64,000 nt of DNA, from positions 65,657 through 129,656 of the forward strand of contig JANXBX010000006.1 of the NCBI GenBank assembly GCA_025060595.1, written 5' to 3'. The position numbers and the translations under genes were made by a program. The DNA comes from Synergistota bacterium (GTDB lineage: Bacteria; Synergistota; GBS-1). The notes below the pieces were generated by a model. That model saw only the letters and a list, made by a program, of their open reading frames with translations, did no database searches and was not told the DNA's origin. Shown one piece after another: positions 46,419 through 54,379 of this stretch. Each line of letters begins with the position of its first letter. Within the stretch, counting starts at the first letter, position 1.

Positions 46419-47447
46419 CTAAACGGGATAAACAGGTACAAGCTTTAACCCCATATCTTCAGGCAATCCCAAAGCGATATTAGCCGCTTGAACTGCACTG
46501 CCTGATGCTCCTTTAACCAGATTATCTATAACGCTTACCACGGTTAATGCTCTTCCACCAGGATGAAGTTTAAGCCCGATCATACAAAGATTAGTCCCTG
46601 TAACCCATCTTGGATCAGGAAAACGAAGATGCTCCGGCTTAAAAGGACAGAGCTCAATAAAAGATTCAGAAGAATATCTATCCCTATAGATCTTAAGTAT
46701 CTCCCTTTCACTAAGATCCTCTTTAAGCTCACATCTAACAACAGCTTGAATACCTCTGACAAGCTCAACAGCTGTTATCCTTATCTCTCCATTAACTCCC
46801 GTCTCTTGAGTGACCTCAGCAAGGTGCCTATGCTCATAAGTAGCATAGATCCTTAAGGCCCTGCTTCTTTCTGGATGATGTCCGCCCTCTGAAGGCTTAG
46901 CTCCTCCCGCAGAAGAACCAACCCTTACATCCGCATGAAAACTTTCCAATAGCTTCTTCTCAGCCAATGGCAAAAGAGCCAAATTTATAGCTGTTGCATT
47001 ACATCCCACACCCGAGATCAACTTAGCGCTTCGTAACTCCTCTCTATGAGCCTCGGGAAGACCATAGACTGAACTTTTCAGAAGCTCCGGATAAGGATGG
47101 CTCCAAGAGTACCACTTTTCATACTCCCTGGGCTCCTTAAGCCTGAAGTTAGCGCTTAAGTCAACAACCTTTTTCCCCTTATCGTATATTTCTTTAACGA
47201 GATCAGCTCCCTCACCATGAGATAGAGCAACAAAGGCTATATCAAAATCCTCATCAAGGGCTTCTCCGTAACTTATAAAGTTATCCTTAAAAAAAGGCCT
47301 TAGGTGAGGATGATACCTCCAGATGGGCTCCCCTACCGCCCCCTGAGAGGCAACGCCTATAACCTTTATCCCTTCATGAAAAGAAAGTATCCTCAACAGC
47401 TCTCCTCCAGTGTATCCCCTTCCTCCGAACACAATAGCCTTTATCAC
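46419..47447 (-). CDS. lysY: [LysW]-aminoadipyl-phosphate / N-acetyl-gamma-glutamyl-phosphate reductase (LysY / ArgC)
   Basis: IKAIVFGGRGYTGGELLRIL is the NAD(P) Rossmann start. Catalytic Cys region SGVGCNATA. Confidence 0.85.
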   Translation of the reverse strand: MIKAIVFGGRGYTGGELLRILSFHEGIKVIGVASQGAVGEPIWRYHPHLRPFFKDNFISYGEALDEDFDIAFVALSHGEGADLVKEIYDKGKKVVDLSANFRLKEPREYEKWYSWSHPYPELLKSSVYGLPEAHREELRSAKLISGVGCNATAINLALLPLAEKKLLESFHADVRVGSSAGGAKPSEGGHHPERSRALRIYATYEHRHLAEVTQETGVNGEIRITAVELVRGIQAVVRCELKEDLSEREILKIYRDRYSSESFIELCPFKPEHLRFPDPRWVTGTNLCMIGLKLHPGGRALTVVSVIDNLVKGASGSAVQAANIALGLPEDMGLKLVPVYPV

Positions 47448-48290
47448 GAAAGCACCTCCTCAACATAGTCAGCTATCATCTCTCCCACATCGATTCCAAC
47501 ATCTCTGGATGATCTTGCAAACTCTGGCGTAGAATTAACTTCATTAACTAGAAGCCCTCTTTCGCTCTCAAAGAGATCCAAAGCTATAAAGTCTCCACCA
47601 ACGATAGAAGCCACCTTTTCCGATATTCTAATTAACTCATCACTTACGGAACATAACGCAGCTTTAGCTCCTCTAGCCGTATTTGTTACCCAATGGGAAG
47701 AGCTTCTATAAACCGCATACTTAACTTTCCCACCTATAACAAGAACCCTGATATCCCTTCCAGGCTTCCTTACATACTCTTGAATATAAAAGGCCTTCTG
47801 ATGAACTCCTCCTAAGTTCCAGCGACAAAATATTATAGCTTCGGCAGCATCCCTATCATTAACCTTTGCTAAGAGCCTTCCCCAGGAACCGTTAACGGGC
47901 TTTATAACAGCAGGATAACCAATCTCCTCTAAGGCCTCTAAAGCCTTCTCAGGGGTAAAAGCAAGATAGGTACGGGGAACAGGAATTCCCTCCTTGGCCA
48001 AAAGCTCGGTAGTCAAAGCTTTATCGTTACAGACGACCATTGTTCTAAAGGGATTTATAACCTTAACTCCCCTATCCTCAAGCAAAAAGGATATATAAGT
48101 AGCCTGAGAGGCACTTAAGGTTCTATTTATAGCTAATCTAGCTCCAGGAACTCCATTACCTAACTCCCAAAGGGTCCTATTCCCCAGAACCTTTTCCACC
48201 TTTATCCCCCTTCTACTTAAAGCTTTATCTATTATCCTTTCCTCATCCCTCAAAATCGTATAGATTAAGAGAATCTTCTTGTCCTCCGTC
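47444..48290 (-). CDS. RimK-type ATP-grasp ligase, second paralogue (LysX/ArgX-type LysW-gamma-glutamate or alpha-aminoadipate ligase)
   Basis: ATP-grasp motifs ([27 protein letters not shown]...). No canonical start codon lies between the LysW stop and KKILLIY, so the 5' end is uncertain. The ORF-track start at 48337 would overlap lysW by 40 nt. Confidence 0.7.
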
Positions 48291-48296
48291 CCAAGG

Positions 48297-48485
48297 CTAC
48301 TCCCCCCAATCCTCTTCAACCTCGGGAGCAACCTCAAGCTCCAAAGGATTAAGACTCACAATCTCAAGTTCAACACCACAATCAGGACATATAACAATTT
48401 CTCCCACCTCTGGATCTTCAAGCTCTAATACCACATCACACTCAGGACAACGAGATTTAATCACCATTAAATTCACCCCCATCAA
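48297..48485 (-). CDS. lysW: Amino-group carrier protein LysW
   Basis: 62 aa. Zn-ribbon CPECD...CPDCG. Acidic C-terminal tail ending EDWGE, the LysW hallmark. Confidence 0.85.
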   Translation of the reverse strand: MMGVNLMVIKSRCPECDVVLELEDPEVGEIVICPDCGVELEIVSLNPLELEVAPEVEEDWGE

Positions 48486-49318
48486 AGGAAACTTTTTATA
48501 TACCTTACTATCTCCCCTGGTATGTCCACACCCGTAGGGGCAATGCTATTTCTAAACTCAGGGGAGTGATTTATCTCGTTAACCAAGAGCTCACCCGAGG
48601 GTGTCTCAAAAATATCAAGGGCTACCACCTCTCCATCTACAGCACGAGCTGCTCTTTCAGAAAGCTCAACTAGCTCAGAAGTTAATGGGCAGTTTCTAGC
48701 TTCACCACCACGAGCGGTATTTGTTATCCAGTGAGGCGAAACCCTATATATGGCAGCAACACACTTGCGTCCTATAACGAAGCTTCTTATATCCCTGCCA
48801 GGCTTATTCACATACTCTTGAATATAGAAGATCTTCTGAAGCCCATTTCCTAAAGTGTACTTATGTTCCAATACCGCCTCAGCCGCATCTTTATCATTAA
48901 CCTTCGCTAAAAGCCTTCCCCAAGAACCATTAACAGGCTTAACAACCGCTGGATATCCAACCCTCTCTATTGCCTTTAAAGCATTCTCTGGAGAAAAAGC
49001 AAGATAAGTACGCGGAACAGGAATACCATTTTCCACCAAGAGAAGAGTTGTTATAGCTTTATCTAGACAGCTAGATATTGCCCTAGAGGAACTTATTACC
49101 CTTATTCCGTTACTTTCAAGGACCCGCGATACATAGAAAGCATGAGAGGCTGAAATAACGCGGTTTAAAACCACCGCAGGGGGTTTAATAGAAAGCTCCC
49201 CATTAGCAAAGAGAGGAAGTAAAAGACTATCCTCGTGAAGAAGATTTAGAGCAACACCCTCCCTTTCAAAGGCATCGATAAGCAACTTTTCCTCAACTCT
49301 TAACCTTGAGTAGACCAT
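48482..49318 (-). CDS. lysX: RimK-type ATP-grasp ligase LysX (LysW--alpha-aminoadipate / glutamate ligase)
   Basis: 278 aa. ATP-grasp ([27 protein letters not shown]). Paralogous to the gene at 47444. Confidence 0.8.
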   Translation of the reverse strand: MVYSRLRVEEKLLIDAFEREGVALNLLHEDSLLLPLFANGELSIKPPAVVLNRVISASHAFYVSRVLESNGIRVISSSRAISSCLDKAITTLLLVENGIPVPRTYLAFSPENALKAIERVGYPAVVKPVNGSWGRLLAKVNDKDAAEAVLEHKYTLGNGLQKIFYIQEYVNKPGRDIRSFVIGRKCVAAIYRVSPHWITNTARGGEARNCPLTSELVELSERAARAVDGEVVALDIFETPSGELLVNEINHSPEFRNSIAPTGVDIPGEIVRYIKSFL

Positions 49319-49368
49319 CCAAGCCTGCGCTTCCCCAAGTCAACCACCCTCCTTAAAAGATAGATATA

Positions 49369-49410
49369 AAAAAAGCCCCGCTCACCCTGGGAAGGTGAGC
49401 GGGGCTTTTA
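49369..49410 (-). terminator. Intrinsic terminator in the leader of the lysX operon, the attenuator
   Basis: Minus-strand RNA AGCCCCGCUCACC-UUCCCAG-GGUGAGCGGGGCU, a 13-bp perfect stem, then UUUUUUU. It sits between the leader ORF and lysX. Confidence 0.6.
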
Positions 49411-49430
49411 AAAATCCCTAGAGTTTAGCT

Positions 49431-49544
49431 TCAGCCTAAAGCTGAAGCAATAAACCCACCTTCCCAAGCCCTAAGCTTAGGCTTCTTGTAACCCTTGTTC
49501 CGCTTCAAAAGAGACTTGGAAAGATGAGCCTTTAAATTAATCAC
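49431..49544 (-). CDS. Putative Lys-rich leader peptide (37 aa) of the LysW operon
   Basis: AGGGAGG, then a 9-nt spacer, then GTG. The ORF reads VINLKAHLSKSLLKRNKGYKKPKLRAWEGGFIASALG. It has 7 Lys including a KK-P-K run, and 2 Arg. It lies downstream of a TTGACA-18-TATATT promoter and upstream of the terminator. Confidence 0.45.
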   Translation of the reverse strand: MINLKAHLSKSLLKRNKGYKKPKLRAWEGGFIASALG

Positions 49545-49577
49545 CCCAATTAACCTCCCTCACCAATTATCGCGCAT

Positions 49578-49607
49578 AATATAGCATACTACTCTCTTCC
49601 CTGTCAA
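49578..49607 (-). promoter_or_regulatory. Sigma70-like promoter for the leader and lysX operon
   Basis: On the minus strand, TTGACA (49602-49607), an 18-nt spacer, then TATATT (49578-49583). Confidence 0.4.
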
Positions 49608-49775
49608 GGGTTTTTGAAATCAATATTTAAAGAAATTTACACCAGGGAAGTCTCAGAAATAACACCTTAAAAATAATCTCCTTTCAAACTTATAGACACA
49701 TAAATAGTCACTATCTATAATATTATTAACTTAAGCTGTAGATATTAAGCAAAATCTTAAGGAGGGATACCTCTT

Positions 49776-50987
49776 ATGGATCTTTCCTCTTTAATATTTA
49801 TTATAACTTATATACTTTTAGCAATAGGACAGCCACCTATCTTTCGAATAGATAGAACGGGTGCGGTACTTATAGGCGCTACAGCTATGTTAGCATTAAA
49901 GGTTATATCCATTCAAGAAGCTTACTCGGCAATAGATTATAAAACGATAGCTACACTTTTCGGCTTAATGGTCTTGGTGGCCCACTTTCGACTATCAGGA
50001 GCTTTAAATCTATTAGTAAAATACCTGATTTCAAAAGTTAAAAACCCCTCTGAACTTTTATATTTTATAATCTTTAGCGCTGGTATTCTCTCAGCATTTC
50101 TAATGAATGATACGATATGCTTACTTTTCACTCCTCTGGTTTTAAAGATAACCAAGATATCAGGATTAAATCCTAAACCCTTTCTCTTAGCCCTATGTAT
50201 GTCTGCAAATATTGGAAGCGTTGCCACGATCACTGGAAATCCCCAAAACCTTATAATAGGTATCTCCTCTGGACTAACATATAGTGAATTCTTTTACTAT
50301 CTTTTCCCGGTTGCCATATTAGGGCTCCTCACTCTAATAACAATACTCAAAATAGCTTACAAGAAAGAATTATCAAAGCCTATAAATAACGAAGTAAAGC
50401 TTAAATTTAGATACAAAAAACCCATCGTAATTAAATTCTATATCATCGCTCTATTATGTTTAATTGGCTTCTTTATAGGGCTACCCATACAAGGAGTGGC
50501 CATGATTACCGCCTGCCTACTTTTGATTACAAGGAGAATAAAACCTGAAAAAGTTTACAATCTGATAGACTTCAAGCTTTTAGTCCTTTTCATAGGCCTA
50601 TTCATAATAATAAAATCCTTCGAAAACTCAGCCCTATTTAAGCATCTCTCAGAAATCTCTGGAACCTTTCTAAAAAACCCACTTACCTTTGTATCATCGG
50701 TTACCATTTTATCTAACGCTGTAAGTAACGTCCCTGCAGTCTTAATATTCAAGCCCTTCATAGAAACCCTATCTTTAGGCAAGGAAGCATGGCTATACCT
50801 CGCCATGAGCTCAACATTAGCAGGAAATCTTACCGTACTTGGCTCTATAGCAAACATAATAGTCATAGAGTCAGCCTATCCGAAGGTAAAAATATCCTTC
50901 CTTGAGTACCTAAAGCTTGGCTTACCGGTAACCACTCTTACGCTACTTATTGGAACCCTATGGTTAAAAATAGCTTTACTCTGGTGA
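49776..50987 (+). CDS. ArsB/NhaD superfamily anion permease
   Basis: A 403-aa membrane protein. The SANIGSVATITGNPQNLIIG motif is typical of ArsB/NhaD/CitMHS-type permeases. Confidence 0.55.
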   Translation: MDLSSLIFIITYILLAIGQPPIFRIDRTGAVLIGATAMLALKVISIQEAYSAIDYKTIATLFGLMVLVAHFRLSGALNLLVKYLISKVKNPSELLYFIIFSAGILSAFLMNDTICLLFTPLVLKITKISGLNPKPFLLALCMSANIGSVATITGNPQNLIIGISSGLTYSEFFYYLFPVAILGLLTLITILKIAYKKELSKPINNEVKLKFRYKKPIVIKFYIIALLCLIGFFIGLPIQGVAMITACLLLITRRIKPEKVYNLIDFKLLVLFIGLFIIIKSFENSALFKHLSEISGTFLKNPLTFVSSVTILSNAVSNVPAVLIFKPFIETLSLGKEAWLYLAMSSTLAGNLTVLGSIANIIVIESAYPKVKISFLEYLKLGLPVTTLTLLIGTLWLKIALLW

Positions 50988-51037
50988 TGAATCCTGATAT
51001 AATGGTCGCGCTTGTATATAGCTAAGCAGCTAAAGTA

Positions 51038-52054
51038 TCATCTATTAATCATAATGAAAAGATCATTAGCTAAATCTTTATCAAGATTTTTTAAAACTTT
51101 ATACTGCTTTATAGCAAAATTTTCCTCACCAAGCGCTAAATAAACCAGACCAAGACCATAACGTGATTTAGCGTGATCAGGTTTTAGCTCCACAGCTTTC
51201 TCTAAAGCATTTGATGCCTCAACATAGCGTTCAAGTTTCGCATAGCACACACCAAGATTATAATAGGCCAAGGCATAATCTGACTTTAACTCATTCACTT
51301 GCCTATAAATCCTTATTGCTTCACCATAGCGGCCGATCTTGCCATAAGCTGACCCAAGGTCATTAAGCATATTAATATCATCTGGCTTCAGCTCAACAGC
51401 ACACTTGAAGGCCCTTACCGACTCAGAATATTGATTTAGCTCCCAATAGTGCACTCCTATGCTATAATAGGATAAAGCGAGATTATCATTGGCTTCCTTA
51501 TAGTCAGGTCTTATCCTTACGGCCTGTCTAAAAGTCTCTATAGCATTTTCATACCGACCCAGTTTAGCATAGGATAAACCGAGATTATAATAGGCTTCAG
51601 CACAATTAGGCTCTAACCTTATAAATTCCTTGAAAGCTTTGATCGCATCCTCATAGCAACCGAGATATCCATAGACTAAGCCAAGACCTATATACGCTTC
51701 AGCAAAATTAGGATCCAGCTTTAAAGCTTTCTTAAACGATTCTATTGCTTCAGCATAACGTTCCAGCTTTATGTACGATAATCCATGGCTAGAATAACCC
51801 TTAGGCTCAACATACTGACCGAATTTAATACTAGATAAACTAAGCCCATGATAAGCTAAGACAAAATCAAGCCTTAATCTTATAGCTTCCTTAAGCTCTT
51901 CAATTCTTTCATCATCCTCTTCCTCAAAAACTCTTATACCAATACCAGAATAAAATTTAAGCATACTCTGCGCAAAAGCCATAGAAACAGGCAAGAAACA
52001 GAAAGTGAAAATAAAACAAGCTAATAAAAACCTTCTTCTTTGTAACATATCCAC
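51038..52054 (-). CDS. Secreted TPR-repeat protein
   Basis: Signal peptide, then 8 or more tandem 34-aa TPR units (AEAYYNLGLSYAKLGRYENAIETF... repeated). Confidence 0.8.
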   Translation of the reverse strand: MDMLQRRRFLLACFIFTFCFLPVSMAFAQSMLKFYSGIGIRVFEEEDDERIEELKEAIRLRLDFVLAYHGLSLSSIKFGQYVEPKGYSSHGLSYIKLERYAEAIESFKKALKLDPNFAEAYIGLGLVYGYLGCYEDAIKAFKEFIRLEPNCAEAYYNLGLSYAKLGRYENAIETFRQAVRIRPDYKEANDNLALSYYSIGVHYWELNQYSESVRAFKCAVELKPDDINMLNDLGSAYGKIGRYGEAIRIYRQVNELKSDYALAYYNLGVCYAKLERYVEASNALEKAVELKPDHAKSRYGLGLVYLALGEENFAIKQYKVLKNLDKDLANDLFIMINR

Positions 52055-52255
52055 ACCACCCTAAGAAGCCTTAAAACAGGCTAATATCATTAGGTATTAT
52101 CTCAAAAATAAAATTAAAGTCAATAGATTTACAAAAGGCAGAAAAGAAATAAAAATTATTTTAAGCAAGATGCCAACCGCATCAGAAAATCATTGACTTT
52201 TAAAACTCATTAATTTAAATTATCCTTGAAGTAATTTCAGAAAGGAGGGAAGGAT

Positions 52256-53635
52256 ATGATTTTACCTATCATTATCATTTACATGATCGCTATGCTACTT
52301 ATAGGATGGTGGGCAAGCAAATATTACATAAAAGGTATGACCGACTTCCTACTTGCTGGTAGAAGGCTTGGCGTATTACTTGGTGCTGCCACTTTAGCAG
52401 CGACGCACTTTGGCGGTGGAGCTGTAATGGGTGGAGGAGAATATGGCTTTAAATATGGTATCTCTGGCGCATGGTATGGAGTATCTTGCGGAATTGGCTT
52501 GCTGTTCTTAATTTTAACGGCAGAAAGATTTAGAACCCTTGCTCTTTATACTGTGCCTGATTATCTTGAACAAAGATACGGCGGAAAAACAATAAGAGTC
52601 TTAGGGGCATTACTTTCACTTATAGCCCTTATAGGTATTCTTGCAGCTCAAGTCTTAGCTGCAAGAAACGCTTTAAGCATAGTAGGATTAAAGGGGAATA
52701 CCGGCGCCATAATAGCAACCTTAGTATTTATAATTTACACTACCACTGGAGGACTATGGGCCGTTACGCTAACCGATCTATTTCAGCTCATCTTAGCAGC
52801 TATAGGGGTAATAATAGGAGCTTTTGTAGTTCTTGTTAAGGTTGGAGGCTTTACTGGATTAACATCCGCTTTAACTTCAAAAGGAGTTGCCGCAAGCTAC
52901 TTCAGCTTCTGGGGAATGGGAACGGCTAGCATAATGTGGTTACTCCTTCCTACAGTAATGTATACCCTTATAGGTCAGGACTTTTACCAGAGACTATTTG
53001 CTACAAAAGACCCAAAAACAGCTAAGAACGCAGCTCTTCTTGGTGGAATAATATTAGTTATAATAAGCTTTTTCCCAACGATAATAGGAATGGGAGCTAA
53101 AGCGTTATCAAGTGAAGATCTGGGAAGAATGTCTGTACCATGGGTCTTACAAAACCTTATGCATCCTATCCTAGGAGGAATAGTTCTATCGGCTATACTT
53201 GCGGCCATAATGTCCACAGCGGATTCCCTTCTTACCGCTGCCACATCCCATATAATTAAAGACCTCTGGATCGAAACTTTCAAGGCAGATGAGTTAAAAG
53301 AAGAGAGGAAGCTCTTAACCTTATCAAGGATCTTTACCTTCATAGTCGGCATTTTATCACTTATAATAGCTCTTATCGTCCCAGGAATAATAGACGCACT
53401 TATATACTCCTACACTATGTACACAGCAGGAGTATTCATACCTGTAATAGGAGGAATCTTATGGAGTGGAGCAACAAAGGCAGGAGCGATTACATCTCTT
53501 GTTGGTGGAGCAATAGTAGCGCTCTACGGCATATTAACAGGAACAGAAGTCTTTGGAGCACCTGCTGAAATATACTCAGCTTTAGTATCATTAGTATTAT
53601 TTATACTAGTATCAGCGGTAACGAAAAAGGCTTAA
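52256..53635 (+). CDS. Sodium:solute symporter family (SSF) transporter
   Basis: A 459-aa, 13-TM membrane protein with SSF N-terminal motifs (...DFLLAGRRLGVLLGAATLAATHFGGGAVMG...). Confidence 0.85.
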   Translation: MILPIIIIYMIAMLLIGWWASKYYIKGMTDFLLAGRRLGVLLGAATLAATHFGGGAVMGGGEYGFKYGISGAWYGVSCGIGLLFLILTAERFRTLALYTVPDYLEQRYGGKTIRVLGALLSLIALIGILAAQVLAARNALSIVGLKGNTGAIIATLVFIIYTTTGGLWAVTLTDLFQLILAAIGVIIGAFVVLVKVGGFTGLTSALTSKGVAASYFSFWGMGTASIMWLLLPTVMYTLIGQDFYQRLFATKDPKTAKNAALLGGIILVIISFFPTIIGMGAKALSSEDLGRMSVPWVLQNLMHPILGGIVLSAILAAIMSTADSLLTAATSHIIKDLWIETFKADELKEERKLLTLSRIFTFIVGILSLIIALIVPGIIDALIYSYTMYTAGVFIPVIGGILWSGATKAGAITSLVGGAIVALYGILTGTEVFGAPAEIYSALVSLVLFILVSAVTKKA

Positions 53636-53643
53636 AAACAAAA

Positions 53644-53669
53644 GGGGCTGGAGGTTTTCTTCCAGCCCC
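53644..53669 (+). terminator. Intrinsic terminator after the SSF gene
   Basis: The sequence ggggctgga-ggttttct-tccagcccc followed by ttaattt. Confidence 0.65.
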
Positions 53670-53687
53670 TTAATTTATACCATTTAT

Positions 53688-54068
53688 TTAGAGTGGACAC
53701 AACGATAGCCTATGCAAATAGGGACAGTGAGCGCAATTAGGTAAGTTCCCCCAGCAATCGCTTTGGTTACTTAAAGTAAAATCACAACCTTCCTTAAAGG
53801 GGCACTCGAAACAAGAAGGAAGATAATTGAAAGTTAATCTTAAAAACATTTCAGAGTATTTATCTCTCCAAACATCCATTAGATTATCACAAGCTATATT
53901 ACCTAAGGAAACCTCTTTTATATTCCTCTCCTTATTTAGGACCTTGACCTTCCATGACCTTGAAAAGTATAAGCACGGAGCTATTTCTCCATCACATCTT
54001 ATAAAAAGAGCTCTGTTTGAAGCAAAAGGACAACCCCTTGCAAACCTTGTTAGATGATAACAACACAA
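53688..54068 (-). pseudogene. Orphan SPASM/twitch-domain fragment. This is the C-terminal auxiliary Fe-S domain of a radical SAM maturase with no radical SAM core upstream.
   Basis: 126 aa. SPASM motifs RCDGEIAPC, GNIACDNLMDVW and CAHCPYLHRLSLC. No CxxxCxxC core region. The AT-rich upstream 290 bp has no ORF. Confidence 0.45.
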
Positions 54069-54379
54069 CTGAAGAACAAAGCACTGGAGGATAAGTCACA
54101 GTGCTAAGGATAATCATACTTCATTTGTCATCCCAGTGATATTAGCTATCACAATTTTTAATAAGATAATTCCTCAGAAAGGCCATTAGATTCTAACGAG
54201 GAGCCTCTATTACTTTAACAGCTTAAATTCCGCACCTTACTTAAAAAGCTTTAAATCTATTGACTTGATAGAAGAGACCGTTTAAACTTAAGATAAAAGC
54301 TAAAGAGCGGCAGAGAAAGGGAGAGCCATTCTTAGAGTGAAGAGTGGCTCTCCTTTTACTTTATAGGAGGTGACCAGGT

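Noticed and set aside
47444-48337. ORF-track start of the second RimK ligase, overlapping lysW by 40 nt
   Set aside because: The N-terminal 15 codons ([16 protein letters not shown]) overlap the acidic LysW tail in another frame and are not ligase-like. The gene more likely begins after the lysW stop, at an unusual or undetermined start codon.
53827-54057. 76-aa plus-strand ORF opposite the SPASM fragment
   Set aside because: It is antisense to an ORF carrying clear Cys motifs and shows no motif of its own.
54069-54360. 290-bp AT-rich non-coding stretch upstream of the soluble MCP-PhnD gene. I considered a riboswitch, ncRNA or CRISPR leader.
   Set aside because: No repeat structure. No recognisable riboswitch consensus (GEMM, L-box or glycine-type motifs are absent). 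It contains only short hairpins (cactg-gaggataagtca-cagtg). I have kept it only as context for the orphan SPASM fragment.
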